Shown here: one piece after another, positions 16,677 through 25,024 of the stretch
Layout of the letters: every line of letters starts with the position of its first letter
Numbering within the stretch: position 1 is the first letter of the stretch
Assembly: GCA_965231035.1 (NCBI GenBank)
Contig: OZ246409.1
Location: 463,041 to 495,040, forward strand
Source: an uncultured Muribaculaceae bacterium
Lineage (GTDB): Bacteria > Pseudomonadota > Alphaproteobacteria > Rs-D84
Direction of reading: 5' to 3'
Length of the DNA: 32,000 bases
The notes under the pieces: model-generated
Databases searched by the model: none
Seen by the model: the letters and a program-made list of their open reading frames with translations, nothing else
Told to the model about the DNA's origin: nothing
Translations under genes and position numbers: made by a program

Positions 16677-16706
16677 ATTATAAAAACTATTGCCCTGCTT
16701 TGGCAA
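16677..16706 (-). promoter_or_regulatory. Putative sigma70 promoter for the small protein / liposecretin / lolCD unit
   Basis: Minus strand reads TTGCCA (16706..16701), 18 nt spacer, TATAAT (16682..16677). It interleaves with the divergent plus-strand promoter. Confidence 0.45.
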
Positions 16707-16718
16707 TTAAATTATAAT
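16690..16718 (+). promoter_or_regulatory. Putative sigma70 promoter giving a leaderless mRNA for the 126-aa lipoprotein gene
   Basis: TTGCCC (16690..16695), 17 nt spacer, TATAAT (16713..16718). Exactly 7 nt separate it from the ATG at 16726, and there is no SD. Confidence 0.5.
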
Positions 16719-16725
16719 GTAATTC

Positions 16726-17106
16726 ATGAGATTTAGATACTTACCTTTATTACTTATTTTGGCCGCTTGTGCATCTGCAAATACTGGAAGTATTGATGAC
16801 GCAACTGTACTGAATTGGGAAAACGAAGCTGTAACCATTGAACAATTTATTCGCGACCATAAAAATTGTCTGGGTGTAACTGCATCCGCTCACCAACCTC
16901 GCAGCAGAATCGCTAAGCTTTTGGCACCAAATCAGAGCGGACAAATGCCAGATTGGGACGGTTTATGGGTAACATTCCAGTCAAATGAATATTCTGATGT
17001 TGGCCAAAGGGTTTTGATGTCAATTCCTCCTAATTCCAGTTCTAAATCCGTTGGTTCATACCGTAAATGTATGTTCAGACGCGGATATTTATTGCGCGCT
17101 AGTTAA
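16726..17106 (+). CDS. Hypothetical lipoprotein
   Basis: Signal peptide plus lipobox MRFRYLPLLLILAAC. Length is 126 aa. No family was recognised. Confidence 0.6.
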   Translation: MRFRYLPLLLILAACASANTGSIDDATVLNWENEAVTIEQFIRDHKNCLGVTASAHQPRSRIAKLLAPNQSGQMPDWDGLWVTFQSNEYSDVGQRVLMSIPPNSSSKSVGSYRKCMFRRGYLLRAS

Positions 17107-17140
17107 TTTTCAGCCTGCACTTTTTTCTTATACCGTTTTG

Positions 17141-17149
17141 TGATATAAT
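17141..17149 (+). promoter_or_regulatory. Putative extended -10 promoter (TGnTATAAT) immediately upstream of ftsQ
   Basis: TGATATAAT at 17141..17149. There are 7 nt to the ftsQ ATG (17157), no SD, and no -35 (T-run instead). Confidence 0.4.
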
Positions 17150-17156
17150 TAGATTC

Positions 17157-17837
17157 ATGAAAAAGTCATTTTGGTTTTGGCTGTCTTTTGTTGTTGCTAT
17201 TATTTTGGCAATATACTTTGCCACAAGGGTTATTATGGTGTCTTTGGGCCATGGAAACAGTGCAACTGTAAAATCTATTTCTGTTTCTGCTGATCTGGAC
17301 AACAGGAATTTAACCATGCTGGCCAGTGCAGCTGGTATAACACCGGGAACTAATTCTTATTCTTTGAACCTGGGTGAAATTAATACACGTGTTGCCAGTG
17401 TTCCAGATGTTAAAGAATCCGCAGTCCGCAGATTACCGAATGGAAATCTGGCTATCAAGGTTAAGTTACATAAAATCATCGCAATTTGGACAGATGGACA
17501 AACAATGTATCCATTGTCGGCTGATGGCACAATTATTAAACGATCAATTGATCAAAAACCACAAAATATAATTGTTTTTCGTGGGGATTTGCCATCTGAT
17601 ATAATCGAAATCAACAAAGCAGTTCAAACGCTTGCCAAAGACATAAATTATATGGAATGGGTTGAAAATCGCCGTTGGAACATACATACAAACAACGATA
17701 CTATTATCTTATTACCAGAAGAAAATCCTTATTCCGCTATAACCAGCCTGATGACCTTGGACAAGAATAAAAAAATACTTTCGAAAAAGATACATATTCT
17801 GGATATGCGTGATCCTGCCAGAATATTGGTTCGATAA
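17157..17837 (+). CDS. ftsQ: Cell division protein FtsQ
   Basis: Short cytoplasmic N-terminus, a single TM (FWFWLSFVVAIILAIYFATRVIMV), then a POTRA-like region (VKSISVSA...NLTML...V..V.ESAVRRLPNGNLAIKV). It lies directly upstream of ftsA. Confidence 0.75.
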   Translation: MKKSFWFWLSFVVAIILAIYFATRVIMVSLGHGNSATVKSISVSADLDNRNLTMLASAAGITPGTNSYSLNLGEINTRVASVPDVKESAVRRLPNGNLAIKVKLHKIIAIWTDGQTMYPLSADGTIIKRSIDQKPQNIIVFRGDLPSDIIEINKAVQTLAKDINYMEWVENRRWNIHTNNDTIILLPEENPYSAITSLMTLDKNKKILSKKIHILDMRDPARILVR

Positions 17838-17876
17838 TAGCTTGTAAACTTTTATCGCAAGACATGTGGTGATTTT

Positions 17877-19649
17877 ATGAATTTGTTTGATTCATCTTTT
17901 TTGTGTCTTGATATTGGCAGCAACACTGTTCGCGGCATTGCACATCGAATACGCTCTGGAAAAATAACCAAATCTGCAATTCACAGTGTCGAAAGCGATG
18001 ATACAGTCTTTGCAATCAAAACTGTTATTGATGAAATGGAACGTCAATTAGGCGTACGTTTTGATTCTGCTTATATAACTGGAAATTTTGGAAACTCTAA
18101 TTTTGAGATGATTGCAAAAAGTACCGTATGGAATGGTGATCATAAAATTACAGAATCAGATGTAAGATATCAAATAAGTCAAATTACCCCAAATGCAGAA
18201 TTTTATCCAATGCACATTGTACCGCTACGTTATGATACTTCGCATGCCAGAAATTTATTAACCCCTATTGGACATACAGACAAACAATTAATTTCTATTT
18301 TTGGGGTAGTAAGTTATGAAAATGAAAGACTGAACACAATATTATCCCAGCTTCGCAGTGCACATATCCAAGTCGAAAATATGTTTGATCCATCTTTTAT
18401 ATTGGATACTGCATTGCGCGATTCAAAACAATCTGTTTTGTTTATGGATATGGGCGCAGAATTCACCAGTATTTCAATCTGGACTGGACGTGGACCGGTA
18501 TTTTTCGAAAAGATTCCCAAGGGTCAGGATTTTATAACAAAAACAATTGCCAGTGAATTAAATATAAAGATAAAAGATGCCGTTAAAATCAAACACCAGG
18601 TTGCCAGCGTAATTGCTAGTGAAATGGACAGATTTACCCCTGCTGATACTTTGTATGATTTTTCGCGTGCTGATTTGAATGAAATAATACTTCCGACATT
18701 ATCAGATATTGTTGAAACAGTCAGCGAATCTTTGGAAACAGCTATTTCAAAATATAACCCTTGTAAAATATTCCTTTCTGGCGGTGGTGCATGTATCCAA
18801 GGAATCGAAGAAATGGTCACAGATACATTTGGAATAGAAACACAAAATATTGGATCAGATGCGGTTATACGTGCACTTTCGGATTATGTTTGGAAACAAG
18901 AATCTGGACATGTAAAAGCTTTCTTGGACCGACATGAAAAATGGCAGAACACTTTTGCAAAGGTATTAAATAAATTCAAAAAGAATAAAAACAAAGGAAC
19001 CAGATTTATTCCAATAATGCCCAGCACATTGGCGTTTGATATGAAAAGCAAAGAAACTTATGAACTTTTCAAATCTGGCGGAATTTCAATGATTCATGTT
19101 GATATTATGGATGGTTTTTTTGTGGATCGTATTGCCGGTGGAATTGAAGAATTGAAAACCATACGTGAAAACACTCACTCTCATCTGCATGTTCATTTGA
19201 TGACGGAAAGCCCTGCTGCTTGGGCGGCTGCGGCTGCAAATGCAGGTGCAGATACAATAATTGTATCAACAAATACTGCGGGTGTTCGTGCTGCACTTCG
19301 TCAAATAAAAGAAATGGGCAAAAGATCTGGAATTGCACTAAATCCGGAAAGTCCTGTTGAAATATTAAAACCAATATTAAAAGAAATTGATGAAGTTTTG
19401 ATAATGTCTGTCAGACCTGGTGCAGGCGGACAAGAATTTAATGAAAATATTCTAAGAAAAATCTCTGTTTTGGCAAACACCAGAAAACGGTTTGGATTAA
19501 AATTCAAAATATCCGTAGACGGTGGAATTACACCTGGTGCAGCTGAATTTTGCTGGCGCGCTGGTGCAGACTTTTTGGTCAGTGGAACATACCTATCTGA
19601 AAGTCATGATTTCCCGTTGGCAGTACAAAGTCTTTTACACAAAGAATAA
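17877..19649 (+). CDS. ftsA: FtsA fused in frame to ribulose-phosphate 3-epimerase (FtsA residues ~1-369, Rpe residues ~376-590)
   Basis: FtsA part has actin-fold motifs LCLDIGSNTVRG, VLFMDMGAEFTSISIW and IFLSGGGACIQGIEEM, and aligns along its length to E. coli FtsA from memory. It ends in an amphipathic KWQNTFAKVLNKFKK helix. Rpe part has IMPSTLAFD, HVDIMDGFFV, HVHLM, MSVRPGAGGQEF and SVDGGI. There is no stop codon between them. Confidence 0.8.
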   Translation: MNLFDSSFLCLDIGSNTVRGIAHRIRSGKITKSAIHSVESDDTVFAIKTVIDEMERQLGVRFDSAYITGNFGNSNFEMIAKSTVWNGDHKITESDVRYQISQITPNAEFYPMHIVPLRYDTSHARNLLTPIGHTDKQLISIFGVVSYENERLNTILSQLRSAHIQVENMFDPSFILDTALRDSKQSVLFMDMGAEFTSISIWTGRGPVFFEKIPKGQDFITKTIASELNIKIKDAVKIKHQVASVIASEMDRFTPADTLYDFSRADLNEIILPTLSDIVETVSESLETAISKYNPCKIFLSGGGACIQGIEEMVTDTFGIETQNIGSDAVIRALSDYVWKQESGHVKAFLDRHEKWQNTFAKVLNKFKKNKNKGTRFIPIMPSTLAFDMKSKETYELFKSGGISMIHVDIMDGFFVDRIAGGIEELKTIRENTHSHLHVHLMTESPAAWAAAAANAGADTIIVSTNTAGVRAALRQIKEMGKRSGIALNPESPVEILKPILKEIDEVLIMSVRPGAGGQEFNENILRKISVLANTRKRFGLKFKISVDGGITPGAAEFCWRAGADFLVSGTYLSESHDFPLAVQSLLHKE

Positions 19650-19651
19650 AT

Positions 19652-20047
19652 CTATTTTATTATAATTTTTCTGCCGTCACCAAATTCTTCTATGAAAATA
19701 TGAATTGTGTTTTTTGGTAACTTATCTTCTGCTATTTCTGGCCATTCAATTAATGTAATATCATTTTCAATTGCATACATCAGACCAATCTCTTCCAGTT
19801 CTGATGGATCATTTATTCGATATAAATCAAAGTGCGATATTCCATCGTAATTTTGCACCAGAGTAAATGTAGGACTGGGGACTATTGTATCAGACCCACG
19901 TAAAGTTTGAATTATTGTGCGTGCAATTTCAGATTTTCCCATACCAAGGTTTCCATGCAATGCGACAGTTTGTGGCGCATGCAAGGTTTTTGCAAAATCA
20001 TGTGCCCAATTTCTTGTTTCATCAATGTTTTTTAAAATCTTTTCCAT
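19652..20047 (-). CDS. tsaE: tRNA threonylcarbamoyladenosine biosynthesis protein TsaE
   Basis: P-loop variant HGNLGMGKSEIAR, SPTFTLV and HFDLYR motifs of the TsaE/YjeE family. Length is 131 aa. Confidence 0.85.
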   Translation of the reverse strand: MEKILKNIDETRNWAHDFAKTLHAPQTVALHGNLGMGKSEIARTIIQTLRGSDTIVPSPTFTLVQNYDGISHFDLYRINDPSELEEIGLMYAIENDITLIEWPEIAEDKLPKNTIHIFIEEFGDGRKIIIK

Positions 20048-20050
20048 TTA

Positions 20051-22051
20051 TTACCCCAATAACAATAAATCGTCTTCCATTTGATGTATTTTGTCGCGAA
20101 GTATACCAGCCTCTTCAAATTCCAAATTCTCGGCATGCTTGTACATTTGCTTTTTGTTTTTTTCTATCTCGCGGCGCAAAGTTTCCGCATCCATAACACC
20201 ACCATCTTTACTGTACACGAATTTATTTTTCTTGTCAGTTTTTTCTTCGCGTTCTTTGACTTCTGCAAATATAGCCTTTTGAACAGATTTTGGTGTTATT
20301 TTGTGTTCAAGATTATATTTTTCTTGTTTTTCGCGTCTGCGTTCTGTTTCATCCATTGCAGCACGCATAGATTCAGTTATTCTATCGGCGTATAGAATTA
20401 CGCGACCATTTGCATTTCGTGCGGCGCGGCCAATTGTTTGAATCAAAGAACGTGTAGAACGCAGAAAGCCTTCCTTGTCCGCATCCATTATCGCAACCAG
20501 TTCACATTCTGGTACATCTAAACCTTCACGTAATAAATTAATTCCAACCAATACATCATATTTACCCATACGCAATTCGCGTAACAATTCAATACGCTCT
20601 AATGTTTCAATATCACTGTGCAGATATTTTGCATGAACACCGTTTTCTGTTAAATAATCTGTCAGCTGTTCTGCCATCTTTTTGGTCAATGTTGTTATCA
20701 GAACACGACTTGGCACAACCTTTTTAACTTCTTCTAACAAATCATCAACCTGGTGTTCTGTTGGGCGAACTTGGACAATCGGATCCAACAAACCTGTTGG
20801 GCGAATAACCTGCTCTGCGACAATACCATTTGATTGTTCCAATTCCCAATCTGCTGGTGTTGCAGACACAAATACAGTCTGAGGACGCAAAAAATTCCAT
20901 TCTTCAAAAGTCAGTGGTCTGTTATCAATACACGAAGGTAATCTGAATCCATAATTAGAAAGCGTTTCTTTGCGTACACGATCGCCACGCGCCATAGCAC
21001 CAATTTGTGGAACACTGACGTGGCTTTCGTCCACAAACAAAATAGCATCACTTGGCAAATATTCAAATAATGTTGGTGGCGGTTCACCAGGTGCGCGTCC
21101 TGATAAATACCTGGAATAATTTTCAATACCGCGACATGTGCCTGTAGCCTCCATCATTTCAATATCAAATCCAACACGTTCGCGCAGTCTTTGTTCCTCG
21201 ACATATTTCATATTTTCGTGAAAATATTCCAAACGTTCTTTTAAATCTTGTTTTATCTGACCGATTGCCTGTAATACCGTTGGCATTGGTGTTGCATAGT
21301 GTGTATTTGGATAAACAGTTACCGTATCCATCTGTTTAACCTTGGCACCGGTTAACGTATCAAATTCCCAAATTTCTTCAATCTCGTCCCCAAAAAAAGA
21401 AAGCTTCCATGCACGATCTTGGGAGTGAGATGGAAATATATCCAAAGTATCCCCACGAACACGAAATTCACCACGTGAAAAACCAATATCGTTTCTTTTA
21501 TATTGAACATCAACCAGGCTGCGCATAACATCCTTGGAACTGATTTTTTCATTTACATTAAAAACTATTTTCATCCCTGCATATTTTTCTGGTGATCCTA
21601 TACCATAAATAGATGAAACAGATGATACGATTACAACATCGTGTTCTTCTAATAATGCGCGTGTTGCAGAATGTCGCATACGATCCAGTTGTTCGTTTAT
21701 GGAAGCATCCTTGTCAATATATGTATCTGTGGTTGGGATATAAGCCTCAGGTTGATAATAATCATAATAAGAAACAAAATATTCAACATGATTGTTTGGG
21801 AAAAATCCCTTCATTTCAGTATAAAGCTGTGCTGCCAGAATCTTGTTTGGTGCCATAATTAACGCAGGTCTTCCTATATTCGCAATAACATTTGCCATGG
21901 TAAAGGTTTTACCCGATCCAGTCACCCCTAATAAAACTTGGGATTTTTTACCAGATTTTACACCATTTGTCAGATCGGCGATTGCGGTTGGTTGATCACC
22001 CATTGGTTTATAATCACTTTGAAGATCAAATATTTTTTTATTCACAAACAT
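20051..22051 (-). CDS. uvrB: Excinuclease ABC subunit B
   Basis: Walker [13 protein letters not shown], beta-hairpin region [10 protein letters not shown], helicase motifs, and a C-terminal UVR domain ([14 protein letters not shown]). Confidence 0.95.
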   Translation of the reverse strand: MFVNKKIFDLQSDYKPMGDQPTAIADLTNGVKSGKKSQVLLGVTGSGKTFTMANVIANIGRPALIMAPNKILAAQLYTEMKGFFPNNHVEYFVSYYDYYQPEAYIPTTDTYIDKDASINEQLDRMRHSATRALLEEHDVVIVSSVSSIYGIGSPEKYAGMKIVFNVNEKISSKDVMRSLVDVQYKRNDIGFSRGEFRVRGDTLDIFPSHSQDRAWKLSFFGDEIEEIWEFDTLTGAKVKQMDTVTVYPNTHYATPMPTVLQAIGQIKQDLKERLEYFHENMKYVEEQRLRERVGFDIEMMEATGTCRGIENYSRYLSGRAPGEPPPTLFEYLPSDAILFVDESHVSVPQIGAMARGDRVRKETLSNYGFRLPSCIDNRPLTFEEWNFLRPQTVFVSATPADWELEQSNGIVAEQVIRPTGLLDPIVQVRPTEHQVDDLLEEVKKVVPSRVLITTLTKKMAEQLTDYLTENGVHAKYLHSDIETLERIELLRELRMGKYDVLVGINLLREGLDVPECELVAIMDADKEGFLRSTRSLIQTIGRAARNANGRVILYADRITESMRAAMDETERRREKQEKYNLEHKITPKSVQKAIFAEVKEREEKTDKKNKFVYSKDGGVMDAETLRREIEKNKKQMYKHAENLEFEEAGILRDKIHQMEDDLLLLG

Positions 22052-22095
22052 AAATATAAAGCATTATAATCAAATTACAAGCAAAGAGAGAATTT

Positions 22096-24579
22096 TTGAA
22101 AAAACTAAAACCACGTCATAAACGCCGGCTTTTTTGGGTTATTTTATCGGCATTCGCGGCAATGCTGGTTGCCATTATTGTTGTTCCACCATTTATAAAA
22201 TTGAATGGTATTAAACCAGACCTGGAACATGCGATTTCTATACAAACAGGAATAGAAACAAAAATAGATGGAAATATAAATTTCAGCCTGCTTGGCAGAT
22301 TAAACATTGTTGCGCATGATGTATTGTTACCAAGTGGTAAAATTGAATCTTTACAATTTGCGGTTCCTTTATCAAAAATCTTTAATCCTGCATCAGCAGA
22401 AATTTCAGGCAAGGTTTTTATATACGGTGCGAATTTACAAATAGATACTCTGACCCCACCACGCATAAATAACAAACTGGAAATCAGAAATTCTGTAATA
22501 TCATTTATGGGCAAAGATTATGAAATAGTCCAAGGACAACTGTCCAATGGTATGCTGAATGGCACAGTAAGAACCGACCAGCATAAATATGACTTTGATT
22601 CAAATGGTGACGAATTTCATATACAAAACAAAAACAATGACTTGAATATTTCTGGACATTTATATTCGGACGGAACCGCAACTGGAACATTATCTATTGA
22701 TACAAATGATGCGAACAAGTTTTTTGACTTTACAGAACCCAAGATTCATAAAAATGTGAAATTAACTACGGATTTTACATGGAATGGAAAACATGGAATA
22801 AAGTTTGCAAACATCCGCGGTGGTGATTTTACTGGGGAAATAGAACTGTTTGAAGACGGTCATCGTGAAATAACATTAATGTCTGATGATATAAAATTTG
22901 ATATATCGTTTTTAATGCGCCCTACTTCGGTATTTTTCAACACCAAGTTTAATATTAATCTAAGTGGCAGTTTGAAACTGGAAAACAAAATATTTAAACA
23001 TATAAAAATAGATGCGGTTGGCGAAAAATCCAGAATAAAGATAAATCAAATTGTGGCTGATGACATTATAATAAATGGTGGCGAAATAAATGTTAATGGT
23101 GCTGAAAATTTGGGGTTAAATTTAAAACTTTATGGCGAAGATGCTTATTGTTTGTTTTCAGGAACACCTGATGATTGGAATTGTTCAGAATTAAAACAAG
23201 GCGAGTTCTATGGCAAAGCCAGCAGCAACAAAAATAGATTTGAACTGTATGTAAAATCCGATAAAAATATGCCTGCAAAGGCTATTCTGCTTAAAAAACT
23301 TGGATTTCTGGGAAAAAATGGTTATGTTAATTTTAAATTTGCAGATGCAGCTGGAGAAATCGATTTAAAAAATTCCATAATCAATCCACACTATGAATTT
23401 GTTAAAAACAAGACATTATCTTGGTTGGGGGTAAAGCTGTTCTTTTTACCAGATTATATGAATACATTGCCTGGTGATTTTAGTTGGTCAAAGAATGATA
23501 TATTTTTTGAAACTTATTCCAAAAATATTAAATTTGTAATTGGTTCTGACTATTTTGTAATAACCGGTAAAGATATCAAAGATTGGTTTCCAAATTCAGA
23601 TTTAAAATTCTTGAATGACAATATGGCTTATTCGATTTCTGGAAACTATAAGAATTCCAGTATTTCAAATCTTGAACTTAAAATCGCAGGACACGTTTTC
23701 AAAGGAACCGTCGTAGGAAATAATATAACATTAAAAACAGATTTGTTAAATATTGATACTTTTACCAATCAAAAATTTATTGATAACTTTGATGAAAATC
23801 AATTTTTAACTGCTGAACCATTGATGATTCCTTTTGATTTTGGGGTAAATGTTTCGTTTGCCTCTGACATGATTATATATAATGGAAACCAGTTTACTAA
23901 TTTTGTGTATTCATTAAAATCAGGTTCATCCCAAGATTTTTCTATAACAGACAGTATGCATGGAAATTTATTGGCTGATATTACAAAGTACAAGAATAAA
24001 TATAACATCACATTACAGCTGAATAAATTTGATATTCCAGAAAGATTGTTTTCATCCACAATGCCTGTAAACCTTGAAAACACAACTGTTACAGCCCAGG
24101 CTGATTTGACCACAAATGGTAAAATTGCCTATGACATTTGGAATAACCTGTCCGGAAATATTGACATGTCTTTCGAAGGTGGAAATATTATCGGTCTGGG
24201 GGTTGATGGTTTTTATGCAAATGCAGAAAAAATAACAACTCTGAATGCCGAAGAAATATTGTCCAATGCCTTGGAAGACGGTAAATCAAAAATCAAAAAA
24301 ATCCGAGTCACAGGAAAATATAATCACGGTAATTTTACCAGCACACAGCCTTTTGCACTTTCATTGTACAGGGCAGATTCTATGGGTCGAGTAAATATTG
24401 AAAATGGCAAAATGCATATAAAAATGAATTTGATTTTGCGTGGAACATCACCTTCGCCTGACCAGATAAATTTGGAAATTATGCCTGATGGAAAACGTGT
24501 TTATTCACTGTCTGAAATTATGAAAAACTTTGATCCAGATTTCTTGCGTGAATTTTCAAAAACACATGAAAAGTTTTAA
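22096..24579 (+). CDS. AsmA-family outer-membrane biogenesis protein (AsmA-like)
   Basis: The TTG start is needed to include the N-terminal anchor LFWVILSAFAAMLVAIIVVPPF. The protein is 827 aa, long, Asn/Lys-rich and beta-rich. Family assignment rests on architecture only. Confidence 0.5.
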   Translation: MKKLKPRHKRRLFWVILSAFAAMLVAIIVVPPFIKLNGIKPDLEHAISIQTGIETKIDGNINFSLLGRLNIVAHDVLLPSGKIESLQFAVPLSKIFNPASAEISGKVFIYGANLQIDTLTPPRINNKLEIRNSVISFMGKDYEIVQGQLSNGMLNGTVRTDQHKYDFDSNGDEFHIQNKNNDLNISGHLYSDGTATGTLSIDTNDANKFFDFTEPKIHKNVKLTTDFTWNGKHGIKFANIRGGDFTGEIELFEDGHREITLMSDDIKFDISFLMRPTSVFFNTKFNINLSGSLKLENKIFKHIKIDAVGEKSRIKINQIVADDIIINGGEINVNGAENLGLNLKLYGEDAYCLFSGTPDDWNCSELKQGEFYGKASSNKNRFELYVKSDKNMPAKAILLKKLGFLGKNGYVNFKFADAAGEIDLKNSIINPHYEFVKNKTLSWLGVKLFFLPDYMNTLPGDFSWSKNDIFFETYSKNIKFVIGSDYFVITGKDIKDWFPNSDLKFLNDNMAYSISGNYKNSSISNLELKIAGHVFKGTVVGNNITLKTDLLNIDTFTNQKFIDNFDENQFLTAEPLMIPFDFGVNVSFASDMIIYNGNQFTNFVYSLKSGSSQDFSITDSMHGNLLADITKYKNKYNITLQLNKFDIPERLFSSTMPVNLENTTVTAQADLTTNGKIAYDIWNNLSGNIDMSFEGGNIIGLGVDGFYANAEKITTLNAEEILSNALEDGKSKIKKIRVTGKYNHGNFTSTQPFALSLYRADSMGRVNIENGKMHIKMNLILRGTSPSPDQINLEIMPDGKRVYSLSEIMKNFDPDFLREFSKTHEKF

Positions 24580-24929
24580 ATCACACGAATAAAGTTTCTG
24601 CAACATATAGGATCACCAAAAGCATTTAAATGATATTTTTTACCATTTCTGCGAACCAAACAACATCCTTCGGTGTAAACATGTATGCCACGTTGATTAT
24701 AAATTAGAATCCTGTCTGCACCTATTAAATCAGCACGTCTGCCACGAATAATTTTTACAAATAAATCATAAAAACCTGATGGTTCGTCATTTTGATACGG
24801 GGCATATAATATTCCACCTTTCTTTACCAATCCACCCATATCATACTTATAGAAATTATGTTCCAGCACACAAACCTGGTAATAAGTCAGGTTTAAACGT
24901 TGCGATAAATCTGCAATTTGATTTCTCAC
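24576..24929 (-). CDS. Hypothetical Cys-containing protein
   Basis: 117-aa ORF with a GTG start, a TATAAT box and an AGAGA SD-like stretch upstream. Cys residues are scattered through the sequence (...EGCC...PICC...). No family was recognised. Confidence 0.4.
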   Translation of the reverse strand: MRNQIADLSQRLNLTYYQVCVLEHNFYKYDMGGLVKKGGILYAPYQNDEPSGFYDLFVKIIRGRRADLIGADRILIYNQRGIHVYTEGCCLVRRNGKKYHLNAFGDPICCRNFIRVI

Positions 24930-24997
24930 TCTGTTTTCTCTTTGATGTAAATTATATCGAAAAAACAGGTTGATATTTATAGGCTTGTATTCTTACT

Positions 24998-25023
24998 AAA
25001 AAACCGCCATACAGGCGGTTTTT
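24998..25023 (-). terminator. Rho-independent terminator downstream of aspS (structurally bidirectional)
   Basis: aaaaaaCCGCC-ataca-GGCGGttttt, beginning immediately after the aspS stop codon. Confidence 0.75.
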
Positions 25024-25024
25024 C

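Noticed and set aside
16652-16678. Longer N-terminal extensions offered by the ORF track (16678 for the small acidic protein, 28922 for the YunG-like gene, 27250 for the PagL-like gene, 29542 TTG for the HhH gene)
   Set aside because: In each case a downstream ATG has better support. The evidence is an SD or promoter position at 16651, an ATGA overlap at 28889, a signal peptide at 27301, and a TGATG junction at 29539.
19017-19649. Annotating rpe as a separate gene starting at the internal ATG 19017
   Set aside because: There is no stop codon upstream in frame and no properly spaced SD (AGGA is 18 nt away). The continuous ORF is therefore reported as a fusion, and the alternative is kept as a test within that finding.
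22052-22095. SOS/LexA operator upstream of uvrB (and of ruvA at 2683..2741)
   Set aside because: Neither the alphaproteobacterial GTTC-N7-GTTC direct repeat nor the E. coli CTGT-N8-ACAG palindrome is present in these short intergenic regions.
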